From Emiliania huxleyi CCMP1516 (Eukaryota): a stretch of DNA of 57,673 nt. Below, piece after piece: positions 20,005 through 30,763 of this stretch. A program made the position numbers and the translations under genes. The stretch covers positions 342,657 through 400,329 of the forward strand of contig NW_005201223.1 of the NCBI RefSeq assembly GCF_000372725.1. Reading direction: 5' to 3'. Within the stretch, counting starts at the first letter, position 1, and every line of letters begins with the position of its first letter. The notes beneath the pieces were generated by a model. The model made no database searches. It was not told the DNA's origin and saw nothing but the letters and a program-made list of their open reading frames with translations.

Positions 20005-21879
20005 ATGTTCGCAAAGACCCGCTCGCAGGGCACTGCTCACGAGCAGGAGCGCTCAGTCTCGCCGGCCGTGGTCCTGCCGAGCAGGGATAGCCAGGACGCC
20101 GAGGAAGAGGGTCTGCTAGTCAAAGCAGAACACCTTTCGAGCGGGCTGAGTGGGCGGATGCCGAATCTCTCGCCTTTCCACGCCGGCGTCTGCTGCCTCC
20201 TCTCTGTCCAAAACAGCTCATACGTGCTGCTGCGGCGCTACTCGTCGGGTGTGCTGCACGAGGAGGCGTCGGCGCAGTCGATTCTCGCGGTTGGCGAGGT
20301 GCTCAAGCTGTGCTTCTCGTGGCTGATGATCCTCCGTGAGTCGCCGGACGATCCAGGCGAGGCACGCCTCCACGACAGCGCGAAGCGTGGACCGCGCTGG
20401 TTTGCAGAGACGAGCCTCAAGCTTGTGCGCACGTCAGCAAAGATGGCGGTGCGCCGCGCCCTTGCACGCTCGCGGCCCTCAGCCCGCCGGCCCGCCAGCA
20501 GCCTCGCTGCCGCTCGCACCGGCTGGGGAGCTGGGGCGGGAGGTTGCGGGGTACCTCGACACGCCAGCTCTCCGCCCCCGCTGCCACCGCACCGCCGCCG
20601 CCGCCGCCACTGCCGCCACTGCCACCTCCGCCGCCCAAGCCGCCGCCGCCGTCGCGAGCCGTCACCGATCCGGCCGTTGCCTCCGCCCCCGCAGGTGCCC
20701 GCGCTCATCTTCCTTGGTATGAACCTCCTCTCCTTCGTCGCGCTGGAGCGCATCTCTGCCTCGTCCTTTACGCTCATCCAGCAGGCGACACTTCCGAGAC
20801 ACTTCCGAGACGCTTCCGAGACGCTTCCGAGACACTTCCGAGACCGATGCCAACCCGCGAGCGTCGTGGCCAGGCACCTCTCCTGCCGCTCCTCCATTGC
20901 CTCTGCTGCCGCCCACCCCCCTCCCCTCCCCGCTCGCGCCTTGCATGACCGACGCCCGTCCGCCTGTCCCGCCCTGTCCCCAAGCCCCGCCCACCCCGCA
21001 GACAAAAATCCTCTTCACCGCCGTCCTCTCGCGGCTGCTGCTGCAGAGGCTCCTCTCGCTCGCGCGGTGGCGGGCGATCCTCACCCTCTTCCTCTCGGTG
21101 CTCATCATCTGCCACCAGACGCAGCCGCAAGCCGCGTGCGCGCCGCCGCCGCGGGAGACGCTCGCCACTGCGGAGCACATGCAGCAGGCAGCAGACATGC
21201 GCGAGGCCGTGGCGGGCGAGGGCGGCGGGCCGACGGAGCGGGCGTGGCACGACTACGTCGTCGGCGTGAGCGCTGTCACTCTCGAGGCGATGCTCTCTGG
21301 CCTGAGCAACGTCTACTTTGAGAGGGTGCTCAAGTCGACGGCGCTGTCGTTGTGGGAGAGAAACGTCCAGCTGGCGGGCTACTCTCTGCTCATCTACGTC
21401 CCGATGGCGCAGCACGCTCACCCGGGCGACGGCATGTCCCGCGGCTGTCGTGCCAGGGGGGGGAGCGCCTTCGACCACTCTTCCCTGCAACGTAGGCGAC
21501 ATGCTGCATGGCTGGTCGGGGGTGACGGTGGTGGTCGCGTGTCTCGGCGCGCTCGGCGGGATCCTCATCGGGTGAGCACGAGATCGCGGGGAGATTGCGG
21601 GAGATCGCGGGGAGATTGCGCGCGCGGTTGGGACCAGTTGTTCTCAGGACCAGGGGGTGGGTGGGGTGCCTCTCCTGAAGTCACACGCCTGCTCGCGCCT
21701 CGGCCGTTAGGCTGGTCCTCAAGTACTGCGACTCCATCATCAAGAACCTCGCCCTCTCCACCGCCATCATCACCACGGCCACCCTCGACCACTTTGTATT
21801 CCACGGGCCTATGAACCTGCCAATCATCGCGGCGGCCGGCTCCGTCCTCATCTCGATCATCAACTACACAGACGCGTGA
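20005..21879 (+). CDS. nucleotide-sugar transporter, SLC35A family (UDP-Gal/CMP-Sia-like), spliced
   Basis: GEVLKL, VPALIF..NLL, QTKILFTA, SGLSNVYFERVLK, LWERNVQL, VLKYCDSIIK. Confidence 0.9.
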
Positions 21880-21943
21880 GGGCCGCGAGCGTCGCGTACT
21901 CGGGGGCCGGAACCTTGCTGCTGCTGTCAGAGTGCGTGTGAGT

Positions 21944-21944
<1 letters not shown>

Positions 21945-22034
<90 letters not shown>
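21945..22034. repeat. (TG)n microsatellite
   Basis: seen directly in the sequence. Confidence 0.95.
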
Positions 22035-22036
<2 letters not shown>

Positions 22037-22344
22037 GGACGGAAAGTAGTGAAGCGGAGGGGAGATGGAGAGAGAGAGAGCAGCAGCGGGCCAAGGCGGC
22101 TTGTGATTTGATGGGCCTCTCTGGTCAAAACAAACAGAGGGACCAGACTTGAGTCTACGTATCAGCCACGTTTATATCACAAGACAACGTACACCCCTCT
22201 CTCTCCGCTCCCCCCGGCCCCGACCCCCGTTTCAGGACACCTCCGCGGGAGTGCACCACATCAGCCGCGAAAAGACGCCGAAGGCCCCACCCGCGCGCCG
22301 CATCACGTACATGGGCTGGCATTCATGGATAATCAACTCTTCTC

Positions 22345-24695
22345 TCACCGCGCCGAGACCCCGGTGAACCGGAGGTCGTCACAGCCAAAGCCGGCATCCA
22401 CGACATGGCCCAGCACGCCGTAGCTGGCGGGCGGAATGGCGTCAAATTGCAGCACGTCCTTGGTGTATGTGACGGGCATCCGGATAGAGGTGCTGATGTT
22501 GAGCTCCACTCCGTCGACAATCATCACCGCCGAGCCCGAGCTCCTCACCGTGATCTGCTTCTTGCCCGACTCCGCCGCCTTGCACGCGGCCGCGGTAAAG
22601 ATCGTGGTCATGCAGCAGTCAAAGGGGTTGAGGTCCTTCAGGCCCCAGATGCACGGCGGCGGGGGATCGGGTGCACCCGGGACCGCTGTCATTCCCGGGA
22701 TCGGGTGCACGGGCATGGTCAACGAATAACTCGTCGGGATCTTTGTGCCGTCCGCCGCAACTTTCGCAGGCGGGACCGGTATGACGTCATCAGCCAGCCG
22801 CGCCTGGAGGTTCTCGTCGACGTCGGTCGTGTTCGGGTCGTCGGGCGGGTAGGAGAGGCCCACCCCCGGAGAGTGGTTCGGGTAGCCGGCCCACATGCCC
22901 GGCTTGGAGAAGGTGCGCCCGAGCACCTTGGAAGCGCTGCACGTAAAGTCGACCGCCGGGATGTTGAAGAGGTTACCGACAGTGGTGCCCCCGGCGAACG
23001 GCACCTCGACATCCTCCTGGCCTGGGACGGGCTTGGCCATGAAGGTGCCGTCGTATTCGTACTCCTCCTCAAAGTACGTGTCGTACACGATGTCCTTGAT
23101 GAACCACTCGCGCTTAAAGGGGTTCATGCCCATGATGGTCGAACCCCGATCGCACGACTCGGTGCTCCCGTCCCATACTTTGCACGGCTCGCCCGTCTTG
23201 GGGTTGTAGCCGGTGACTGCGAACGGCGGGGCGGGAGCGTCATCGCGCAGTGCCGGGGGGCGGAAGCGAGGGGGGTGGCGGGGTGGGTGGGGGTGTTGGT
23301 GGGGGAGGCAAGGGCGGAGAAGCGGGCATGCGGGCGCGCGCCGAGGGTCTCCGCAGTGACAAAGGTTGCGGTGTACAGGGTGATGGTCGAGCCCGGCATG
23401 CCGTTGGCGCCCAGCCAGATGCCATTAATGAAGGGCGAGACATTGGTCGGGCCCCACGAGACGATGGTCTGGTCGAACTCGGACGCCCAGCGTCCGAGCG
23501 ACTGTCCCGTTGCGTAGTTTGCGTCGAGGAAGATCTTTGTCTGGATGGTGTTCATCCCCTGCTCCACCCTGTAGTCGTACATATGGCACTCGCCAATCTT
23601 GACGTGGTCGTCCCGAATCGGCGGGCCGCCTTGCCTCAAGCGAGCCTCGGGGCTGAGGTCGGGGTCGTTGCCAGCCACGCTGTAGTAGAGCTCCGCCTTG
23701 ATGGTCCCGAAGCCCTCGAGCCGCATCGGCGAGGAGGAGTAGAAGCTCACGTCAGCGTCAATCACGAGCTGGTTGGTAGTCGTGTTACCGTGCGACATTT
23801 CGAGGTTGGACGTCGCATAATTCGTCAGCTCGATCGGAGGGAAGACGGTCTGCTTGTCGATCGAGATCGAGAAGGGGATGCCCATCGACCAGACGGTGAT
23901 CTCGCTCGTCATGCGCCACGGCACGTCGTCGCCGTTGAGCATGCCTTTCGCCATCTGAGAGCGGGCGAGGCGGCGCGTGTGGCGGCGGCATCGGACGCTC
24001 GCAGGGTGCGGGCGAGGTGTGGTGGTGGGAGTCGCGCCTTATTGAACGCCGCGGCGTCGGTCACGTGCACCATCGTGGTCGGGTTGATGATGCCCGGCCC
24101 GTTGCCCTTGAGGGTGAATGGCGGGACCACCATCCAGCCGATCGGGCGGCCATTCGGCGCGCTATCCTCGGGCGGGCTGTGGATGGTGGCGTTGAAGGCA
24201 TCGATGTCGCACCCGAAGGGACCTGTTGCGGCGGCGGCGGAGGACGGGCTGAAAGGTGGGAAGCGAGAGGTCTGGAGGCGAGGGGATAGCGGGAATGGAG
24301 TGGCGGCGGCAGCGCTGTGGGCGCGGCGCACCCGCATTGTTGATCTCGACAACCGCGGAAACCTTCATATTGGTTGCCGTTGGATCCGCCATCGTCGCCG
24401 ATTTGATGTTGACAGAGGTGGCGCCGGCGAGCATGTTGAGGATGGCCGGCACGATGACGTACCAGATAATCGGGACCCAGAACAGCGCCGCAAACGAAAT
24501 CATCGCCAGCATGGTGTAGCTCGTAGCCTTGACAGAGCCGCAGAAGTAGCGATGCGTCTTCTTCACGCACCCCGGCTCTTTGTGCTGCTGCGCCATCGCG
24601 ACGCTGACGGGAGCCTCGCGTGACTGGGCCTGGCCGTAGTCGGAGCGAAGGCGCTGGAGGGTCTTGGCGTCCGGGATCGATGTGCGCTCGGACAT
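22345..24695 (-). CDS. single-pass membrane protein, DUF3712-like, spliced
   Basis: N-terminal TM (WVPIIWYVIVPAIL) followed by a beta-rich region (INNAG/PFGCDI...VTDAAAFNK/MAKGMLNGDDVPW); exons joined by GT/GC-AG introns. Confidence 0.6.
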
Positions 24696-24977
24696 GGCGG
24701 CAACGAGGGCCGTGAGCGAGGAGATGAGGAGGAGGAGAGCGGCCGTCGCCGAGGCCAAGAGAGCCTTGGCTCCTTTCGGGGGCGGGGGGGGGGGTAAGGC
24801 GCTAAAATAGGATTGTAGCACGTGAAAAAAGTAAAAAACCCGCAATCAGGCTGCGCAAAACCAGCACCACCAGCGGAAATAAAATGGGGAGAAAGGATTT
24901 TAAAGTAAAGGGGTCCTTGAACCATCGCCGGCGGGCGGGTCCTTCAAGCCTTGATCGGCCTTGATCGGCGACAAGCA

Positions 24978-25760
24978 ATGAGGTCGTCGCGCCCCGTCCG
25001 CATCCCTGTCTTCATCGCTCTCGCAGTCGCCTCGGCGGATGCCTCCTACACCTGCGACTGCTCCTGGACGGAGGACCACCCTTGCGATCACCCGGTGTGT
25101 GCAGCACAGCCGCGTCTGCACCCGAATTTCCTCGCAATGCCATCACGCGCAATGCCGTCGTGCCCCACCCAATATCATCACACCGCGGCAAACCACACGC
25201 CCAACTCGCCGCTCTGCCTCCCGCAGGACACCCGGCCGCAAACGGGCTGGCTCGGTGGAGAGACGGACCGATGCCACCACTATTGCTGCCCGACGCCTTG
25301 CGACTGCGGCTGGGTGGGTCGTGACGGCAAGCACGTTTGCCCGCACATGGAGCATTGCCCCGGGCTGACACCCACAGAGTGCGGCGAGATTCCGGCCTCG
25401 CAGCGGGTCGCGCACCCGGAACGCACCAACGGCCTCCCGGCGGACGTGCTGCCGCACTGCTTCGACCACTGCTGCGAGATCCTGCAGCCGCCCTCTTCGC
25501 CACCCACTTTGCCGCCACCAGTCCCGCCGCCCTCTCCGCCCCCGCTGCCCGAGTTGCTCATCAGCCCCCAGGGCCAGGGCATCGGCGGCCTCAGCACAGA
25601 TGACCCCGCGGACATCCCGCTCATCTTCACAATCATCACGATCATCATCGCGCTCCCGCTCTTTTGCTGCGCGACGTGCTGCTTGTACCGCACCGCAATG
25701 AAAGAGGCCGAGAAGGACGCCGTCGAGGCGGCCCGCCACCGCGCGCTCATGGGGGTGTGA
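24978..25760 (+). CDS. Cys-rich type I membrane protein (signal peptide, two CDCxW...CxxxCC modules, Pro-rich stalk, TM)
   Basis: MRSS..VFIALAVASADA; CDCSW..RCHHYCC; CDCGW..HCFDHCC; PPSPPP stalk; IFTIITIIIAL; probable in-frame intron ~25095-25226. Confidence 0.7.
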   Translation: MRSSRPVRIPVFIALAVASADASYTCDCSWTEDHPCDHPVCAAQPRLHPNFLAMPSRAMPSCPTQYHHTAANHTPNSPLCLPQDTRPQTGWLGGETDRCHHYCCPTPCDCGWVGRDGKHVCPHMEHCPGLTPTECGEIPASQRVAHPERTNGLPADVLPHCFDHCCEILQPPSSPPTLPPPVPPPSPPPLPELLISPQGQGIGGLSTDDPADIPLIFTIITIIIALPLFCCATCCLYRTAMKEAEKDAVEAARHRALMGV

Positions 25761-26704
25761 GACATTTTCCACCTCACGCGGGGTGTGGTGTCTCCCTCAC
25801 CATCCCCTCCCTTCTCCGCACCCACCCAGCAACCCCTATCTCCTGGGACCCTTCGCGTCACAGGTGGGCCTCTGGCGCATCGCACGCGATCCGCACCCGG
25901 TTGTGCTTGTTCTGTACTTTCGTTTATTAGACTCGAGGCGGGCTCGTCGGCTCCCCTGGCGGTGTTTTTGCGGCGTGCCTGTGCGCTTGGTATCGCTCTC
26001 TCTCTCATTTATTGAATGCCAGTAGACAAAATCAAGCACTGGGAGTAGGGCGTAAGCAGGACGTATGCAACTAGCGAGTCACGTACAGTGTAGATCTACT
26101 GACTGATACACCTCGAGCGTGATATCGCACTCGACACCGATGTCGACGAAGCGCGCGTCACTCACCGCGATATGCGGCGTTAGTCGCGTGAAGTACCGAT
26201 GGCCATCGACCGCTCTTCCATCGAACTGTTCGACGACCTGTGCTTCGCGTGGATTGACCCCCATCACGCTGAGCGGAAGATCTGGGTGGCCGACGATGTT
26301 TGTAAGCATCGGGAACGTGAACAGGGGCGAGCCATGAGCGCCGTCTCTCCCTCGGCGAAGCCAAAGAAGGCGAGCCATGAGCACGCGCAGCGGCGGGGCC
26401 GAACGGCCCTGGATGTGAGGTTGATGACCGTACTCCGAGTGCTCCAAGGGGTGGCTCACCTCAAACAAACCTCCTCTCTCGAGGTCCTCGAGCTTGATAT
26501 CCTGTCCGCACGCCCGCACCATCCCACAGTGATGGTTGCAACCACAGTTGTTCATGTGACATGGCAGCCCATTCTCAGGCCCTGCAAGCAGAGAGAGAGA
26601 CACGCGTACAAGCTCCAGATCCCTCGACAGGTCAGCCACTTGACTCTTGAGGATATGAAAGGCAAATGAACGTCATTGACAAATGGACATGGCAACAACG
26701 CAAC

Positions 26705-26708
<4 letters not shown>

Positions 26709-26760
<52 letters not shown>
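26709..26760. repeat. (CA)n microsatellite
   Basis: seen directly in the sequence. Confidence 0.95.
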
Positions 26761-26761
<1 letters not shown>

Positions 26762-26796
26762 CTAGCGCACACGCAAATCGGTTGGTTCCTTCTCGC

Positions 26797-28329
26797 TCAC
26801 TTTCCTCGGCCGCGTGCTGCCGCGGCGGCACGTCCCTCGGCCTTGCGCAGCAGCTTCTTGTTGACCTGCACGAGATCGAGATTGAAGTGGGTGTAGAAGA
26901 CCAGCAGCACAAACACAGCCAGGAAGATTGGCGAGAGGAGCGGGTACTCATATCCCAGGCCGCGCAGGCCGAGGTTTGTGACGTAGACAGGGAAGTCACC
27001 CGTGTAAATGTACGCCAGACGGAGGCACGCATATGACATCGGCCCCCACCAGACGATGCGGGTGGCGTAGAGGGAGCCGAGGACGAGCCGCTGGAAGTTG
27101 AGCAGCGCCTTTGGCCACGACATGGCGGGCGTCTGGTGGACCGCCATCGCGAGGAGCATCATGCCGCCCGAGAAGTGGTTCGTGATGAGCACCTGCGCCA
27201 TGAAGGCCTTGGAGATGCCCGGGCCCGCCATGAGCGCCATCATCTCGAACCCGACGCCAAAGATGTGGTGCGGCACCATCACGTTGTCGATCGCCTTGTT
27301 GTAGCGCGAGATGGTGTAGTCGGCGCCCGTCGGCGACAGGCGCCGGTAGAACATCGCGAGCATGTCGTACGTCTCCCACGCCATGTCGGCGTACATGACG
27401 AAGTAAAAGATCGAGTCGTCGCGGCGGAAGAGGTAGAGCAGCGGGAGCGCGGTGCCGACGAGGAAATGCTCGAGCGCAAAAACGACTTGCCCGAAGCCGA
27501 CGGTGGCCAGGCTGGGCGAGTGCTCGTTGACGAAGTTCCAGTCGTTCATGAAGGGCGCGCGGTACGGGAAGGCGAGGCCCTTCTCGTTGAGCGCGTAGCG
27601 CTTGTGGCACCAGCCGCTGTGCTTGGCATCCCACAGCTCCTGCATGTACGCCATGGCCTCGCGCGCGGCCGTCTCGCGCCGCGCCGCGTCGGACGCCGGA
27701 GGTGCGACGCCGCGGAAGGCCAGGAAGCGGGCAACCTGCTCCTCGCTCGCCTCCATCACCGGCACGTCGAACGGCTGCGACTGGCCGGGCGGGTCGGGCC
27801 ACGGCAGCTGGCTCGGCAGACTGCACTTGGACGCGTCAAAGTGGGTGAAGAGGAGGCGCGCGATGATGCCCGTGGTCCACATGAAGAAGTTGCCCAGGAC
27901 GGCGGCGACCAGGAGCGAGAAGGCGTAGCGGATCGGCGAGAAGTCGCCCACGAACGCCTCGGAGATGGAGAAGCTGCCGAGCCGCAGCTCCGAGCGCGAG
28001 AGCTGGAAGGCCTGGTCGAGGCACTGGGTCGTGATGCACCAGCCGGCGTAGTCGCCGGCCAGGACCATCTCCTTGTTGGGCCACACGCCGGTCAGGGCGA
28101 TGATGCGGTTGAAGATTGCAATGTCGGATTCGAGAGGGTCAAGGCTGGCAAGGGCGGCGAAGACAGCGGCGGCGACAGCGGCGACGGCGGTTGTGAAGTG
28201 GGAGGATACGCTGAGCGAGTGCTGGTGGTTGTCTTTCGTGGCGCGGCAGGAGGCACCGGACGGGGACTTCTGAGCCTTGATGGTCGTGACGAGGGAGGAG
28301 ACGCCGAGTGAGGACCTGGCGATGACCAT
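26797..28329 (-). CDS. multi-pass membrane protein, TLC (TRAM/LAG1/CLN8)-like, copy 1
   Basis: Intronless 510-aa ORF with many TM segments; WETYD, MVPHHIFG and YATRIVWW resemble the TLC pattern. Confidence 0.7.
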   Translation of the reverse strand: MVIARSSLGVSSLVTTIKAQKSPSGASCRATKDNHQHSLSVSSHFTTAVAAVAAAVFAALASLDPLESDIAIFNRIIALTGVWPNKEMVLAGDYAGWCITTQCLDQAFQLSRSELRLGSFSISEAFVGDFSPIRYAFSLLVAAVLGNFFMWTTGIIARLLFTHFDASKCSLPSQLPWPDPPGQSQPFDVPVMEASEEQVARFLAFRGVAPPASDAARRETAAREAMAYMQELWDAKHSGWCHKRYALNEKGLAFPYRAPFMNDWNFVNEHSPSLATVGFGQVVFALEHFLVGTALPLLYLFRRDDSIFYFVMYADMAWETYDMLAMFYRRLSPTGADYTISRYNKAIDNVMVPHHIFGVGFEMMALMAGPGISKAFMAQVLITNHFSGGMMLLAMAVHQTPAMSWPKALLNFQRLVLGSLYATRIVWWGPMSYACLRLAYIYTGDFPVYVTNLGLRGLGYEYPLLSPIFLAVFVLLVFYTHFNLDLVQVNKKLLRKAEGRAAAAARGRGK

Positions 28330-28407
28330 TGTTGCCCTCGGGGCACCTCAAGGATCGGTTGAAAAAGAATTTTACAACCCAGCTCCCTCGTGAAAAAGAA
28401 CCTCATA

Positions 28408-28520
28408 AGGGTGGGCGACGGCTAGCGCACCACACCACTCTCCTTAAAATCCCTGTGTGGTGGCGGCGTGCCGTCCTCCCATCCCTCCCTTGGTTGTCCG
28501 TTTTCTTTCTTTCTTTCTTT
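28408..28520 (-). promoter_or_regulatory. shared upstream module
   Basis: near-identical to 57307-57420 and 40646-40741; ~80 bp before ATG 28329. Confidence 0.5.
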
Positions 28521-28856
28521 AAGACTAAATTCTTGTAGCTCGTCTGCGAGTGTAGCTGGGCGACTACCGCGACGAGCGAGCAAATATGCGAGCCAGCTAC
28601 GACTCGTGCGGACGACTCGCGTCGTCTCGAGACTCTCTCCGGTGCCTCACGCCAGGAGCAAACGCAGCGTCATCACATGCGGCAAGGCTGCCATGGACGT
28701 GTGCGACACGCCGCTTCAAATTCCGAGGCCGGAGGGGGTCATAATATCAATAGACAAAACACAAAAGACGACAGGAGAGTGGAGAGAGAGCGCATCCAGC
28801 ACGCCAAAGCACACGCCTCTAACACACACGTGCCTCTAGCAGACACGCCACGCTGC

Positions 28857-30362
28857 TTACATCCCACGGCCGCGTGCTGCCGCGGCGGCACGTCCCTCGG
28901 CCTTGCGCAGCAGCTTCTTGTTGACCTGCACGAGATCGAGATTGAAGTGGGTGTAGAAGACCAGCAGCACAAACACAGCCAGGAAGATTGGCGAGAGGAG
29001 CGGGTACTCATAGCCCAGGCCGCGCAGGCCCAGGCTAGCAATGTAGTCCGGGAAGTCGCCAGTATAGATGTAGGTGAGGCGAAGGCACGCCACCGACATC
29101 GGCCCCCACCAGACGATGCGGGTGGCGTAGAGGGAGCCGAGGACGAGCCGCTGGAAGTTGAGCAGCGCCTTTGGCCACGACATGGCGGGCGTCTGGTGGA
29201 CCGCCATCGCGAGGAGCATCATGCCGCCCGAGAAGTGGTTCGTGATGAGCACCTGCGCCATGAAGGCCTTGGAGATGCCCGGGCCCGCCATGAGCGCCAT
29301 CATCTCGAACCCGACGCCAAAGATGTGGTGCGGCACCATCACGTTGTCGATCGCCTTGTTGTAGCGCGAGATGGTGTAGTCGGCGCCCGTCGGCGACAGG
29401 CGCCGGTAGAACATCGCGAGCATGTCGTACGTCTCCCACGCCATGTCGGCGTACATGACGAAGTAAAAGATCGAGTCGTCGCGGCGGAAGAGGTAGAGCA
29501 GCGGGAGCGCGGTGCCGACGAGGAAATGCTCGAGCGCAAAAACGACTTGCCCGAAGCCGACGGTGGCCAGGCTGGGCGAGTGCTCGTTGACGAAGTTCCA
29601 GTCGTTCATGAAGGGCGCGCGGTACGGGAAGGCGAGGCCCTTCTCGTTGAGCGCGTAGCGCTTGTGGCACCAGCCGCTGTGCTTGGCATCCCACAGCTCC
29701 TGCATGTACGCCATGGCCTCGCGCGCGGCCGTCTCGCGCCGCGCCGCGTCGGACGCCGGAGGTGCGACGCCGCGGAAGGCCAGGAAGCGGGCAACCTGCT
29801 CCTCGCTCGCCTCCATCACCGGCACGTCGAACGGCTGCGACTGGCCGGGCGGGTCGGGCCACGGCAGCTGGCTCGGCAGACTGCACTTGGACGCGTCAAA
29901 GTGGGTGAAGAGGAGGCGCGCGATGATGCCCGTGGTCCACATGAAGAAGTTGCCCAGGACGGCGGCGACCAGGAGCGAGAAGGCGTAGCGGATCGGCGAG
30001 AAGTCGCCCACGAACGCCTCGGAGATGGAGAAGCTGCCGAGCCGCAGCTCCGAGCGCGAGAGCTGGAAGGCCTGGTCGAGGCACTGGGTCGTGATGCACC
30101 AGCCGGCGTAGTCGCCGGCCAGGACCATCTCCTTGTTGGGCCACACGCCGAACAGCGCTATGAACCTGTCAAATCGGTCGATGTCGAAGACGGACTGCAG
30201 GGCGGTGAGCGCGGCGGAGAAGTCGGGCGGCGGCGCGGCGACGAGGCTGGCAACGACGATGGCGGAGGCGGCGGCGGCGGCGGCGGCAGTGGCGGTCGTG
30301 GCGCGGGAGGAGACGGATGACATGGACTTGGCGCCGATCGAGGAGTGGGAAGTCGAGGCCAT
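28857..30362 (-). CDS. TLC-like membrane protein, copy 2 (alternative start at 30470)
   Basis: 29095-30150 appears identical to 27035-28090; the N-terminus differs. Confidence 0.7.
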   Translation of the reverse strand: MASTSHSSIGAKSMSSVSSRATTATAAAAAAASAIVVASLVAAPPPDFSAALTALQSVFDIDRFDRFIALFGVWPNKEMVLAGDYAGWCITTQCLDQAFQLSRSELRLGSFSISEAFVGDFSPIRYAFSLLVAAVLGNFFMWTTGIIARLLFTHFDASKCSLPSQLPWPDPPGQSQPFDVPVMEASEEQVARFLAFRGVAPPASDAARRETAAREAMAYMQELWDAKHSGWCHKRYALNEKGLAFPYRAPFMNDWNFVNEHSPSLATVGFGQVVFALEHFLVGTALPLLYLFRRDDSIFYFVMYADMAWETYDMLAMFYRRLSPTGADYTISRYNKAIDNVMVPHHIFGVGFEMMALMAGPGISKAFMAQVLITNHFSGGMMLLAMAVHQTPAMSWPKALLNFQRLVLGSLYATRIVWWGPMSVACLRLTYIYTGDFPDYIASLGLRGLGYEYPLLSPIFLAVFVLLVFYTHFNLDLVQVNKKLLRKAEGRAAAAARGRGM

Positions 30363-30763
30363 AGCGTCTAAGCGTGTCGGAAGTGCTGAACTCCTTGAAG
30401 ACAAGGAGGCCAATTGCACCACACCTCCAAGGAGAAGGAAGAAGGCATTGGGTAAGCAGATCCCGGCCATAAATTTGGTAGCCAATACCTGACGTGCATA
30501 ACCCACCGACCCGTTAAGCCGTTGTGTGGCGGCAGCCTGCCTGGGTGCCTGCCGCAGACTGCCGGCTGCCGCCTGCCAGGGGCCGATGGCCGTGGGGGGG
30601 CGGGGTTTCTGTTCTTTCCCTTGAAGAGCGGGTTGAAAAAAGAAAAAAATACAAAAACCCGAGCCTCCTCCGACTTGAAGGCAAAGTCCTACGACCTTGG
30701 CACCGACCGGAGGACATCTCTCGACCCGCGACAACGCCCCAGACGCGTGTATCCAGCTCGCAC

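Noticed and set aside
26079..26669. Overlapping 186-aa (minus) and 156-aa (plus) ORFs in a lower-GC segment
   Set aside because: No recognisable motifs, and the coding strand cannot be chosen.
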